Source: an uncultured archaeon (GTDB taxonomy: Archaea > Asgardarchaeota > Heimdallarchaeia > Heimdallarchaeales > Heimdallarchaeaceae). From it: DNA of 64,000 nucleotides. The notes under the pieces were generated by a model. That model was given only the letters and a program-made list of their open reading frames with translations. It was not told the origin of the DNA and searched no databases. Each line of letters opens with the position of its first letter. The stretch's first letter is position 1. A program made the translations under genes and the position numbers. Location of the stretch: NCBI GenBank assembly GCA_964549075.1, contig CAZJUB010000003.1:1-64000 (forward strand), read 5' to 3'. Below are positions 47,029-58,019 of this stretch, piece by piece.

Positions 47029-48297
47029 TTATTTTTCTTTAAATGCAAAATTAGCTAAAAATCCACCGGAATTGCTAGTTGTAATTGGATCTAAATAGAT
47101 CGTTGCCTTTTGTAGTTGAGCCTTGATTTCTTTGAATTGTTCTGGTACTTCTCTTGCACTTAACGAATCTCGTGCTTTTAATTTGCTTATCTCCTCAGCA
47201 TGATTTATTGTTTTATAGTAAGCTTTCTGAGTGATACTTTTGACCACTGCTTCATTCTCTAAATAATCAATTGAGTGAGTAATATAGGCTACAGAAGCTC
47301 TCTTATGTAAACATCTGAAAAGATCTGCAACAATTTTCTGCTGTTTTTCAGCGTAATTTCTTAATACTCCATAACTTAAATTCGATGAAAAGACAGGTAT
47401 AATTGCAGTTCTAGAATTCTGTGGTTCCATAAAAACAGCAGTATATTTTATCTCATGACGTTCTCTCAGAAAACTATTAAATGAAGCATGATGTACTCTA
47501 ATTGCCTTTGATTTCGCTCTTTCCAAGTTTTTCCTAATAGCCTTAACCTGCATATCATTTTGAGCTAAAACAGTTATTGGAATTTTATTATCAGTTAATT
47601 CAGCAATGTAGCTGGCAACATCTCCCTTATCAGTGGACATTACTAAAATGCTATCGCGTCTTCCTAGAGGAAGTGATTTTACTCCTATAGCTTGAATAGG
47701 TGTAAGGATGTTGAAATATCCCCTGCGATATATTCTCATTTCAGTTAAAGGAGGAGCATAAGCTATGGATTCTTTTACTGATATTACTTCTCTTTGAGTT
47801 AAATTTGATAGTTCTGAGCTATTTACGTCTGCTATACCTTTTGCTATAAGATTGCTAGCTCCGTCTAGAATGCAAAGCTCATCACCAACATTAAAATCAT
47901 CGTATTTTGTAACATTAGCTGTTTGAACATCCTTACCAAGAGCTATACCTGTAGAAGCTTCATGATCAACTTTGACAATAGGTAAATCTGAGCGTTTTGT
48001 ATCTAAATCTCTTTTAATTACATCGACTTCAATAAAATCATCTAAAAGCTCATGTTTTTTAGCACTAAATCCATGCTCATAAAATATCTCTAAAAGGGAA
48101 TCAAAATCTATTTTATTCGTATTTACCTGAACCCACAATGTTTTCATTGGTGTTCTAAGACTTTCTATTAATTTGAGCATGTAATCTAAACCAAACTCTT
48201 CTAGCCAATGTTCAAGAAGACTTCCAGAGTAACTGAATTTCTTCATTAATTCTTGAAACATTGTAGTAGAATCATCTGATTCGTTATTAGAGTTCAT
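47029..48297 (-). CDS. RsmB/NOP2/NSUN6-like PUA-containing protein, catalytically degenerate
   Basis: VQVNT.K N-terminus, PUA-like FNVGDE..IAKG, ENEAVV and terminal GGFLA; both catalytic Cys motifs altered. Confidence 0.7.
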   Translation of the reverse strand: MNSNNESDDSTTMFQELMKKFSYSGSLLEHWLEEFGLDYMLKLIESLRTPMKTLWVQVNTNKIDFDSLLEIFYEHGFSAKKHELLDDFIEVDVIKRDLDTKRSDLPIVKVDHEASTGIALGKDVQTANVTKYDDFNVGDELCILDGASNLIAKGIADVNSSELSNLTQREVISVKESIAYAPPLTEMRIYRRGYFNILTPIQAIGVKSLPLGRRDSILVMSTDKGDVASYIAELTDNKIPITVLAQNDMQVKAIRKNLERAKSKAIRVHHASFNSFLRERHEIKYTAVFMEPQNSRTAIIPVFSSNLSYGVLRNYAEKQQKIVADLFRCLHKRASVAYITHSIDYLENEAVVKSITQKAYYKTINHAEEISKLKARDSLSAREVPEQFKEIKAQLQKATIYLDPITTSNSGGFLANFAFKEK

Positions 48298-48413
48298 TGT
48301 GGTAAGAAATTTCAGCAATTTAGCTTTAAGAATATTATTACTAACGTGAAGAAATAATAAATCCTCAACAAAAAGTTGAAAAAAGAGTTGTTTTAATTCA
48401 CTTCGAGAAAAGA

Positions 48414-48932
48414 ATGGAATCAGATAAAATAGTAAGACAAGCTGAACTAGGTGATATCAATGATATTATTAAAATAAACAGACTTTGTCTTCCTGAAAAT
48501 TACTCTTTTGATTTCTTCTACCGAATCTTAACTGAATTTGGTTTTGCTTGTGCAATAGGTTTGGAGGATGGGAAAATAACTGGTTATCTTTTATCCAGAG
48601 TTGAAAGACCTTTTGCAACCTTTATCGGTCTGAATTCAGCAAAAGGGCATGTAATCTCAATAGCAGTTCTGCCCGAATTTAGAAGAAAAGGTTTTGGAGA
48701 AGAAATAATGAAATATGGGATGCAAAAACTCATTGAAAACAACGTTGAGACAATCTATTTAGAAGTAAGAGTATCCAATATCGCAGCAATTGAAATGTAC
48801 AAAAAACTCGGTTTCTATATTAAACGAGAGTTTAAACATTATTATAGAGATGGAGAATCAGCTTTCGTTATGGAATGGGGTAAAAAACAAGAAAATGAGG
48901 AAATAGAAGAATTAGAGGATAGTTACTCCTAG
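48414..48932 (+). CDS. Ard1/RimI-type N-terminal acetyltransferase
   Basis: LPENY, GHVISIAV.PEFRRKGFG, LEVRVSN and YYRDGE.A. Confidence 0.92.
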   Translation: MESDKIVRQAELGDINDIIKINRLCLPENYSFDFFYRILTEFGFACAIGLEDGKITGYLLSRVERPFATFIGLNSAKGHVISIAVLPEFRRKGFGEEIMKYGMQKLIENNVETIYLEVRVSNIAAIEMYKKLGFYIKREFKHYYRDGESAFVMEWGKKQENEEIEELEDSYS

Positions 48933-49000
48933 TTTGCTTCTTCATACTTCTTCGTAATAACGACATATTTATACTGAAAACTAAGTCGACAATTAGCAGT

Positions 49001-52000
49001 ATGACCATCCATTACTTAGATGAACCATCTACTCCAGTTTCTATTCATTCTTTCTTAGCAGATGAGATTAGAGATTGGTTTACGTCTAAGTTTCCTGGAG
49101 GGTTCACACCACCTCAGTTGTATGCAATACCTTCAATTCATGAAAAACGGAATACACTTATATTTAGTTCAACAGGATCAGGAAAAACATTTGCTGCATT
49201 CTTAGCTTCAATTAATGAATTATTCAATGAAGCAAAAGAGGGAAAATTAAAGGACGAAATTTATGTTCTCTATATCTCACCTTTGAAAGCTTTGGGGAAT
49301 GATATTAGAAAGAATCTTGAAGAACCATTACAAGGTATTCAAGAATTAGCAGCTTCTAATAATCTTGTTACACCAAAGATTCGTGTAGCTGTAAGAACAG
49401 GTGATACTACCCAAGCTGAAAGATCTAGTATGCTAAAACAACCTCCACATATTTTAATTACAACACCTGAAAGTTTAGGGTTGATAATCGCTTCACCGAA
49501 GTTTTCCTTAAGTCTGAAAAGTGTACGTTGGATTATAGTGGATGAAATTCATGAAGTGAGCTCAAACAAACGAGGAGTCTTTTTGTCACTATGTTTAGAA
49601 TATTTACAACAAGAACTTACTGAAAATAATGTGACTCGAATAGGTCTTTCAGCAACTCAAGCTCCAATTGAGGAAATTGCGAGATTTCTTGTTGGTTTAG
49701 ATGAGAATGGAAGAGAAAATGATTGCTATATTGCCAATCTACCTCCACAGAGAAAATTGGACCTTGAAGTGAAAAGTCCAGTTGAAGATCTTCTTCATAC
49801 ACCTTATATTATGATTCAAGAAGGAATTTACAATTTACTTGCTAATCTTATAATGGATCATGAAACCACTATTGTTTTCACCAATACTCGTAAAGGAGCA
49901 GAGAGTGTTTCATTCAAATTAAAGGAATATTTGGGGGATGAATATTCTTCTTCTATTGCTGTGCATCATTCCAGCCTTTCACGAGAAATAAGATTAGATG
50001 TGGAAGACAAACTGAAGAATAATGAATTATTAGCAGCTGTTACATCTACCTCATTAGAATTAGGAATTGATATTGGAAGTGTAGAACTAGTTGCTCAAAT
50101 AGGATCACCGAAAACTGTTGCTAAATATCTTCAGAGGGTAGGAAGAAGCGGACACTCACTTGATAGAATTGCTAAAGGTCGTTTGATAACAACTGATAGA
50201 GATGATGCAATTGAATGTGCAGTTTTAACTAAAAGTGCTTACAGCAGAGAAATCGACAAAGTTCAGATTCCTCACAATTGTTTAGATGTTCTATCACAGT
50301 TCATTGTTGGAATCTCTTTGATGAAAAGATGGAAAATGGATGAAGCATATTCCTTGATAAAGAGATCATATAACTATAACACTTTAGATTTTGATGATTA
50401 CCAGAAAGTTCTGGAATATCTCGGTGGTTACAATTTAGAAGTTGAAGAAAGAAAGATTTATCGAAAAATCTGGTATGATGACAAAGAAAAGGCATTTGGA
50501 AAAAAGAAAGGATCACGATTAACTTACTATACTAATATAGGTACTATTCCCGAGAATGCAGATTATAGAGTAGAATTAGAAACTTATAGAACTAGATTGG
50601 GGATGTTATCAGAGAGTTTTGTTGAAAGACTTACGCCTGGAGATGTTTTTGTTTTAGGTAGCCATACTTACCAATTTAAAAGAACAGTTGGATCTAGAGT
50701 GGTTGTATCTGAAGCATTTGGTAAACGTCCTACTATACCCAATTGGGTAGGAGAAGAATTACCTAGATCTTTTGAATTATCGCAACAAATTGGAAGATTT
50801 ATTGAAGCTGTAGCGCAAAAGATACAAAAAGAAGATGAAGAAGCTGTCGTAGAATGGATACAAAGATCATTTCAAGTTGACAGTATTATTGCACAAACCA
50901 TTGTAGAATATGTGAACCAACAGATTCAATATTTACACGTAACACCCAGTGATAAAAAATTGTTAGTTGAATCATTTATTGATCCACAAGGAAGAATGAT
51001 TCTTGTTTTCCACGGGTATTATGGTAGAAGAGTGAACGATACTCTGTCTAGAGCTTTTGCGTACGCTATTGGTTCTAATTTAGATGCAGATGTGGGATCA
51101 GCAGTTAATGATAATGGCTTTGTTTTAATGCTACCTGTAGACAAAATTTTCGATACTTCAATAATCCCTGAATTAATCAAAGTGGATAATTTAGAGAATA
51201 TTCTAAAGAGTGCAATAATTAATACTGAACTTTTCTTGACAAGATTTAGACATGTTGCAAATAGATCTTTGATGATACTAAGAAGAAGTAATAACAGGAG
51301 TGTTCCTGTATCTCGACAAACCATGTACGCAAGAAGGATTTTCTCTACTATGAGAAATATGGATGATTTTTGTGTTATTAAGGAAACTTATCGGGAGATA
51401 CTTCGAGATTATATGGATTTAACTAATAGCTTGATAGTTCTTGAAAAATTGCAGAAAAAGGAGTTCGAATATGTTATTACTCCTCTTACTGATATACCAA
51501 GTCCCTTTGCACATGGGATTGTATTGTTAGGTGTTTCTGATATAGTTCAAATATCTGATAGAAGCGCACTTCTGAGGGAATTACATCAACAGGTTCTTGC
51601 TAAGGTTTTTGGTAAAGAAGGAACAAAAGAAATTTTGTTTGATGAAGAACTTGTTAGACGTATATTTAACAATCGTAGCTATAAAAACAAAGAACTACCA
51701 ATCTCGTCGTTAAAGCATTTGCGTGATGCAATGAGAGCTCTAGCACCGATTAAAACTATTGAAAGTATTCAACCTAGTATCTATCACTTGAGTATAAGTG
51801 ATCCAAAACAGATACAAAGTTGGTCTTTAGCTTTACACAATTCTGGAGAATTTGTAGAGATTTATGTTGCAAAAGGAGATAGACGTTCAATTCCTCTAAA
51901 GGATTTTCAGTTATATTGGAATCTATATGTTACGACAATAGAAGAGAATGAGTTAGAGAAGAGGATTTTAGCAACATTAAAAGAGAAATCACCAATCTCT

Positions 52001-54727
52001 CTTAATCAGTTATCAGAAGAACTAGACATACCTATAAGCACATTGCAACCTCATATAGAAAGACTTGAGAGAGCAATACTAGTACTCAGAACAGATTATG
52101 AACTGTATGGGGGAAGAGTCAGAAATAAATATGCTCTGTCAGAGAATATAGTACCTAAACAGCTGTTTAATGAGGCTAAAAAGCTTGATCCAGAAGAATG
52201 CTTGAAAAAAATTCTTCTTCATTATTTGAAAGTACATGGACCTTCAACCTTGTATCAGATTATTGAATATCTTAGAATTGAAGAAGAAAAAGTTAATCGC
52301 GCTCTTTCAGAATTACAAAATCAAAACCGTATTCTAAAAGGAAGGATTGTCGAATCTGCCTTAGAAGATCAATATATTAGGTTAGAAGACAGAGAACTTC
52401 TCAGAAACTTAAGTAATAGAAAACCTGATTCAATAATTCTTACTCATACAGAACTTAATTTTATCCACTATTTGTTCGCTGTGAATGCTTTTCTTAAAGA
52501 ACAACTTTTTGGTAAAGAAAATATCCTAAACATACTCAATAATTTTGGAACGATAGAAAACTTAAGTTCTCTATCTATTCGTATTCAAGATTATGAGATA
52601 GAGTGGATAAGAGAACTAGTAGAGAAAAATGAGATAGTACAAGGAAGATTTAGTCATCGTAGACCAGCTTATGTAAGTAGAGAGCTTTTCCCCTATTTCT
52701 ATGTAGCATACAGAGAACCCTTCAATCTAACTAAAGTTGAAGAGAAAATTATCTCAGTCATAAGAAAATATGGTCCTTTAACAAAGAGAGAGATAAAAGA
52801 GTTAACCGATTTAGATGGTGATATAGTTCAAGAAAGTTTGATGATTCTTGATAAAACTCTCTATTTGGTTAGAAAGTCAGTAACAGTTGAAACCTTCCTT
52901 CCTCGGCAATTTATCCCAAATGTTTATGACATTTCAGAGCGTTATGTAACAGTTGATAAACTTCCATCAATAGATAAAAGTCAAGAATTCATAATGTTAA
53001 AAACAATTCAATCTTCAGGACCTGTTTCCTTAATTGAATTAACTCATCTGTTAGGATTCAAATATAGTGATACTGAGAAAATAATTAAGAATTTACTCCA
53101 AGATAAAAAAATCATAGAGAAAAAGCTTACAGAGCGAGAAACAAACTATTATATGATTAAAGAGAGATTCGAAGAAATTTCTAAAATAAAAACAGATATG
53201 ATAAATATAGCTTCAAGTGACGATGAAGAAATTATTATTCTCCCTCGTGATGATCCATTCACAAAATTGGGTATGAGATTACAACTTCGAGATATTTATG
53301 GAGAAGGACAAATAGATCCAATCTTGTTAGATGGAGAAATGGTTGGTTCTATCGAGTATAAAATACACGGAGGACAATATCTTCAAATTTATGATTTGAA
53401 ACTAGATGACTCTATACTTTACAATTCTTCCTTACTGCAAAAATTAGCAGCTGAACTAGTAAATTATACAAGAAAAATACATCGAGTTCTTAGTCTTCAG
53501 ATTGAGGATATTAATAGTAAATCGATATTATCAAAAAGTAACAGCTTTATACGAGAAACACTAGTTAAAACAGGTTTTAAACTCGTAAAAGATATATTAA
53601 TAGGTGGAGATACAGTTACAAAGGTTTTCTCCAGACGTTTTATTGATAGAAATGTAATGGAGAACCTTTGGTTAAAGAAGCAAACACCAGCTTTAAATTC
53701 CGAGAATTTACTACAGATGATTAACCATTTCGGATTTGTAGATATTAAAGAAATACTATCTAGATATCCTGAAAACATGATTTCTGTAATAATCTATCTT
53801 CTCAATCAACTTCTCAAGAACAGAGATATAATATGTCAAAGCAACGTTTTTTATTCAATACAATTTGCTCGTTATAGAAAAAGTGGATTAAGAACTCGAA
53901 GAAAGATGAAAGATGATGCAACACAATTGTATAACAAGATTAAGAAAGGTATAGCTAATAATCAAAGTTTGTTAGATAATTGGAAAGGAACAACTGTATC
54001 ATTTAAAGCAGCACTCAGAATACTTGAAGAAAATATGTTAATTGGTACAGAATCAATTAATAATCTTCTAGAACCTCAAGAATATTGGGACTTAGGTTCT
54101 TTTATTCCAGAAATTGATAAGGAAATTTCAGTCATAAGAAAAGAGTATGTTTATGATGTCATAGGAAGCTTAGGTGTTGCAACAGAAGAGCAGATTTCAG
54201 AAAGAGCTTCAATTCCTGGAATACTTACAAAAATAAGAATAAAAGAAGTGCTAGCTTCACTAATAAATGAGGAAAGAATACTTGGAGGAAGATTTGTTGA
54301 GAATGATACAAGATTCTTTTATACCACTCAAGAAAATTATGATAATTTATTAATATTGGAGAAAAAAGCAGAAAGTAAAGTTGAATATTCTAAGAAAGAG
54401 GAAAGGGAAAGATATTATTTACTTAATCCAAAAGATCTCGCGAATATTGTTCTTAAAGCGAATCTATATGAACAGTTTGGAATATCAGATGAAAATTACG
54501 TTATTATTCTTGATCAAAAAGTAGCTGCACAATGTAATATTGAAAGTATAAATCAAAAACGAATGACAGTGAAAAATATCCTTTTAGCTCCTTGGATACA
54601 TGCAGAGAGCTCGTTAAATTATGTGATCAATGCGATAGAAACAATTCCTAACTTTGAGAACAGTGAAATCAATTCTATAGTTGTGCAAAGGATAAATGGA
54701 ATACCTTCACACACTTTGGTGATATAA
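49001..54727 (+). CDS. lhr: Lhr-family SF2 helicase with about 1000 aa of C-terminal winged-helix/HTH_42-like extension
   Basis: TPPQ, TGSGKT, YISPLKAL.NDI, TTPES, DEIH, SAT, LELGIDIG, QRVGRSGH and PSPFAH. Confidence 0.92.
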   Translation: MTIHYLDEPSTPVSIHSFLADEIRDWFTSKFPGGFTPPQLYAIPSIHEKRNTLIFSSTGSGKTFAAFLASINELFNEAKEGKLKDEIYVLYISPLKALGNDIRKNLEEPLQGIQELAASNNLVTPKIRVAVRTGDTTQAERSSMLKQPPHILITTPESLGLIIASPKFSLSLKSVRWIIVDEIHEVSSNKRGVFLSLCLEYLQQELTENNVTRIGLSATQAPIEEIARFLVGLDENGRENDCYIANLPPQRKLDLEVKSPVEDLLHTPYIMIQEGIYNLLANLIMDHETTIVFTNTRKGAESVSFKLKEYLGDEYSSSIAVHHSSLSREIRLDVEDKLKNNELLAAVTSTSLELGIDIGSVELVAQIGSPKTVAKYLQRVGRSGHSLDRIAKGRLITTDRDDAIECAVLTKSAYSREIDKVQIPHNCLDVLSQFIVGISLMKRWKMDEAYSLIKRSYNYNTLDFDDYQKVLEYLGGYNLEVEERKIYRKIWYDDKEKAFGKKKGSRLTYYTNIGTIPENADYRVELETYRTRLGMLSESFVERLTPGDVFVLGSHTYQFKRTVGSRVVVSEAFGKRPTIPNWVGEELPRSFELSQQIGRFIEAVAQKIQKEDEEAVVEWIQRSFQVDSIIAQTIVEYVNQQIQYLHVTPSDKKLLVESFIDPQGRMILVFHGYYGRRVNDTLSRAFAYAIGSNLDADVGSAVNDNGFVLMLPVDKIFDTSIIPELIKVDNLENILKSAIINTELFLTRFRHVANRSLMILRRSNNRSVPVSRQTMYARRIFSTMRNMDDFCVIKETYREILRDYMDLTNSLIVLEKLQKKEFEYVITPLTDIPSPFAHGIVLLGVSDIVQISDRSALLRELHQQVLAKVFGKEGTKEILFDEELVRRIFNNRSYKNKELPISSLKHLRDAMRALAPIKTIESIQPSIYHLSISDPKQIQSWSLALHNSGEFVEIYVAKGDRRSIPLKDFQLYWNLYVTTIEENELEKRILATLKEKSPISLNQLSEELDIPISTLQPHIERLERAILVLRTDYELYGGRVRNKYALSENIVPKQLFNEAKKLDPEECLKKILLHYLKVHGPSTLYQIIEYLRIEEEKVNRALSELQNQNRILKGRIVESALEDQYIRLEDRELLRNLSNRKPDSIILTHTELNFIHYLFAVNAFLKEQLFGKENILNILNNFGTIENLSSLSIRIQDYEIEWIRELVEKNEIVQGRFSHRRPAYVSRELFPYFYVAYREPFNLTKVEEKIISVIRKYGPLTKREIKELTDLDGDIVQESLMILDKTLYLVRKSVTVETFLPRQFIPNVYDISERYVTVDKLPSIDKSQEFIMLKTIQSSGPVSLIELTHLLGFKYSDTEKIIKNLLQDKKIIEKKLTERETNYYMIKERFEEISKIKTDMINIASSDDEEIIILPRDDPFTKLGMRLQLRDIYGEGQIDPILLDGEMVGSIEYKIHGGQYLQIYDLKLDDSILYNSSLLQKLAAELVNYTRKIHRVLSLQIEDINSKSILSKSNSFIRETLVKTGFKLVKDILIGGDTVTKVFSRRFIDRNVMENLWLKKQTPALNSENLLQMINHFGFVDIKEILSRYPENMISVIIYLLNQLLKNRDIICQSNVFYSIQFARYRKSGLRTRRKMKDDATQLYNKIKKGIANNQSLLDNWKGTTVSFKAALRILEENMLIGTESINNLLEPQEYWDLGSFIPEIDKEISVIRKEYVYDVIGSLGVATEEQISERASIPGILTKIRIKEVLASLINEERILGGRFVENDTRFFYTTQENYDNLLILEKKAESKVEYSKKEERERYYLLNPKDLANIVLKANLYEQFGISDENYVIILDQKVAAQCNIESINQKRMTVKNILLAPWIHAESSLNYVINAIETIPNFENSEINSIVVQRINGIPSHTLVI

Positions 54728-54728
54728 A

Positions 54729-57068
54729 ATGGCTATTACACAATATTCTCTTTCATTGGATAAACTTGCTAGATACTTGGTGGAAAAACAAAATATAGAT
54801 GGAGAGTATAAAGGAGTTAATTATAGCCACGCAATATCGATAATTAACAATGTGATAATGTTCCAAGATATAGAATCACTTTTTGTTAGAATGAGAACTT
54901 ATTCTTCTGGACTAGTAGATTCTCTTATAAAAAATAAACATCTTGTACATGCTCCATTCAAAGAAGGAAAGCTAGCTTATGTTGGGAGAGATAATCTTTA
55001 TCTCTATAGTACAATTTATACAAAGGATAATATCCAATATAAAAATCCTCTAACAAGAACAGTCCTTGAATATTTAGAAGAAGAAGGTTCATCTACTCGC
55101 CAAAAAATAATGGAAAAATTTGAAATCTCAAAGGAAGATGTTATGGATATCCTTACAGAACTTCGCGCTAATTTCCAGATTTACATGTTCTATGATGGTA
55201 CTTACTGGACAATATTTTCAAGCAAATTGGTTCTCGAAGATACAAAAATCAGTAAAGCCTCAGCTATTTCTGAACTGATTTATGCTGTAATTAAAAATTT
55301 TGGCCCTATAACTGTCCCCCAAATAATCAAAATACTCAAAATGAGTGGAGGAAGGGTAAGCACAAGCATCATTGAACTTTATGAAAATAAAAAAATAGTT
55401 AGAGGTAATTTTATAGAAAATTCGAGTTATGAAGCTTTTCTAGCTTCAGATGAGCTTGAATATTTATCTGCCTTTCTTGAGAATTATAAACAGAAAATAT
55501 CAAAAGAGATAGTTATCCTACCGAATTCTGATCCTCTTGCCGAATATTGGTCTTCTGCAGATTTTTTGAATTTAGATGAAGTTCTTGAAGAACTAACACT
55601 AATAGATGGCAAACCTATTTGTTCTTTTGAATATAAAATTGATGGGGATAACTTACACATAACTAATCTTGTTAAGACTTCAGAATTTACCGTTCTCGAA
55701 ATAGAAATTAAAAACAAAATCCAAGAATATGCTGAAAATAAAGGTAAAATACTAATTTTTCCTGAACTTCAATCTGAAGTTATAGAAAATCAATCTAAAA
55801 TTCTGGCTGATATCCTTTCTAAAAGAGGTTATCAAAATCGTACATCTGGTCTAGTTTCATTTCTAGCTGCTAAACCTATAACTCAAGAAGAAAGCCAATT
55901 GTTTTTCCTGAGAGATGTTTTTCCGCTTCTTCTAGATTTACAATTTTTAAGTCCCAAATATGGTTTTGGTAGTAAAAAAGGTGTATTAAATGGTCTATCA
56001 TCATTGGGAATACCTCTACCTACTGATTCTTTGTTAGTTCGAATCTCTTCAAAGGAAGTCTCTATGTTAGATGATTTAATTGTCGATAAACAACTGATAA
56101 CAGGAAAATATGGTGCATTTTATAGAGGAACTATCTCTTCTCAAGATTATCCTTATTTCTCTAAGTTAAGTCCTTCCCGCCAGTATGGTGTTTTAGAGGA
56201 AAATGTTCTTCATCTTATAAACCAAAAAGAACGCATTAATTTCTCACAACTCAAATCTTCATTAAATTACTCGAACAAGGTTTTATTATCAGCACTTCAG
56301 AGACTAGAACTAGCTAACAAAATTATTCAAACTAAATCTATATCGAAACAAATCGTCTGGGAATTAACCTCAAAATTTCTAGCAAACCATCCTGTAAAAA
56401 CAATACAAACACAAAGAGAGGCTTGGTTAGAAGTGCTTTACCGAATATTTTCTACCAATTTACCTTTAAGTATACGACAGTTGGCTAATCTTACAGGATT
56501 ATCTAATACACAGTTGGAAGTTTATCTCAAAGAACTAATAGCCTCTAAAGGTGTTAGATCTGGAAGATTTTTTGAAGATGAAAATGAAGTCCAATTTACT
56601 ATAGGAGAGATAGAGAATAAAATAATAGGATATATCTATAAAAAAGAAGAAGATTCAGATAGTGGAGAAGTTATAGTAACCTATTTACCAAAGAATGAAC
56701 CACTCCTAATTCTTTACAGAAACTATCTTTTAAAACGATTTAGACTTAAATCACTTTTCTCACGTTCTAGCCCAACAGAATACGGTGAAATAATTTTAAT
56801 GAATGGGGAACCGATAGCAGCTCTACACCTTAAGAAAGCTGATAAGATAGAATATATCAACAATATAGAAATCCTCCCTGAATTTACAGATTCTCATACT
56901 CTTATGCTTATTTTTAGTTCAATCCAAGAATATTTGTTGAAGACAAAGGATGAGAAAGATAGAGTGATGAGAATCAAACAAATAAATGGTATAACTTTAA
57001 ACACAGAAAGCGGTAAAAAATATATTGAACTTCTCAATAATATGCAGATTAAATATCAAATTCTGTAA
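54729..57068 (+). CDS. Winged-helix repeat protein paralogous to the Lhr C-terminal extension (AlkZ/HTH_42-like, two modules)
   Basis: GP-x-T wHTH, G(N/R)F, ILPNSDPL / YLPKNEPL and LIDG / LMNG motifs shared with the Lhr tail; 1-bp gap after lhr. Confidence 0.65.
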   Translation: MAITQYSLSLDKLARYLVEKQNIDGEYKGVNYSHAISIINNVIMFQDIESLFVRMRTYSSGLVDSLIKNKHLVHAPFKEGKLAYVGRDNLYLYSTIYTKDNIQYKNPLTRTVLEYLEEEGSSTRQKIMEKFEISKEDVMDILTELRANFQIYMFYDGTYWTIFSSKLVLEDTKISKASAISELIYAVIKNFGPITVPQIIKILKMSGGRVSTSIIELYENKKIVRGNFIENSSYEAFLASDELEYLSAFLENYKQKISKEIVILPNSDPLAEYWSSADFLNLDEVLEELTLIDGKPICSFEYKIDGDNLHITNLVKTSEFTVLEIEIKNKIQEYAENKGKILIFPELQSEVIENQSKILADILSKRGYQNRTSGLVSFLAAKPITQEESQLFFLRDVFPLLLDLQFLSPKYGFGSKKGVLNGLSSLGIPLPTDSLLVRISSKEVSMLDDLIVDKQLITGKYGAFYRGTISSQDYPYFSKLSPSRQYGVLEENVLHLINQKERINFSQLKSSLNYSNKVLLSALQRLELANKIIQTKSISKQIVWELTSKFLANHPVKTIQTQREAWLEVLYRIFSTNLPLSIRQLANLTGLSNTQLEVYLKELIASKGVRSGRFFEDENEVQFTIGEIENKIIGYIYKKEEDSDSGEVIVTYLPKNEPLLILYRNYLLKRFRLKSLFSRSSPTEYGEIILMNGEPIAALHLKKADKIEYINNIEILPEFTDSHTLMLIFSSIQEYLLKTKDEKDRVMRIKQINGITLNTESGKKYIELLNNMQIKYQIL

Positions 57069-57112
57069 TAATAAGGAGATATCTTTTTTACTTTAGATGA
57101 CAATGTAATTTC

Positions 57113-57961
57113 ATGAGACGTACAGCTTTCAATGCTGGAAGGTTTTATGAAGGCAGAGATGGACATCTTATAGATTCAATAGAAAAATGCTTTAAAAGCA
57201 ATTTAGGACCTGAAAATTTACCAAAAGGTACAATTCATTCTGATCTCTCAACACCATTTTTTCTAGTACCTCATGCTGGATATATGTATAGTGGACCAGT
57301 AGCTGCTAGTAGTTATTTAGAAATGAGTAAGTACAAACCACCTAAAACTGTTGTGATTTTTGGTCCAAATCACACGGGTGATGGAGCTGACATCAGTGTT
57401 CCAGATAAAGCTACAGAATGGGAAACACCTCTTGGAACTGTGAAAGTTAATGAGGAATTTATAGATAAATTAATGTCTTTAGACAGTCAAGTTCGTAAAA
57501 GTGATCCCGCTCATATACGGGAGCACTCTATTGAAGTACAAATACCTTTTCTTCAATATATTTTGAAAGAACCTTTTCAGATTGTTCCTATTACTATGAT
57601 GAACCAAAGTTATGATTCAAGCATGCTACTTGGAGAAACTGTGGCTAAACTCATCAAAAATGAAAATATCGTAGTTATTGCTAGTAGTGATCTTACGCAT
57701 TTTGAAAGTCATGAAGCTGCAAAACAAAAAGATAGTCAAGTTCTTGAAGCTATCGAGAAAATGGACATAAAAACAATGTACGATGTTAAATATAAGCTAC
57801 ATGTTACCATGTGTGGATATGGCCCCATTGCTGCAACTATCGAAGCAGCAATGCAAACTGGTCGTACAAACAGTAAAATATTGAATTATGCAACATCTGG
57901 CGATGTTTCAGGAGACAAAAGTCAAGTGGTAGGCTATGCTTCTGCAATGTTTTATAAGTAA
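57113..57961 (+). CDS. MEMO1-family protein (AmmeMemoRadiSam protein B)
   Basis: AGRFY, PHAGYMYSG, GPNH, EHSIEVQ, SSDLTH, MCGYGP and VVGYAS. Confidence 0.93.
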   Translation: MRRTAFNAGRFYEGRDGHLIDSIEKCFKSNLGPENLPKGTIHSDLSTPFFLVPHAGYMYSGPVAASSYLEMSKYKPPKTVVIFGPNHTGDGADISVPDKATEWETPLGTVKVNEEFIDKLMSLDSQVRKSDPAHIREHSIEVQIPFLQYILKEPFQIVPITMMNQSYDSSMLLGETVAKLIKNENIVVIASSDLTHFESHEAAKQKDSQVLEAIEKMDIKTMYDVKYKLHVTMCGYGPIAATIEAAMQTGRTNSKILNYATSGDVSGDKSQVVGYASAMFYK

Positions 57962-58019
57962 AAATTCGATTGTCCACATAGAAATCAATATTAGCATAAT
58001 CATATAATAATAATCAAAA

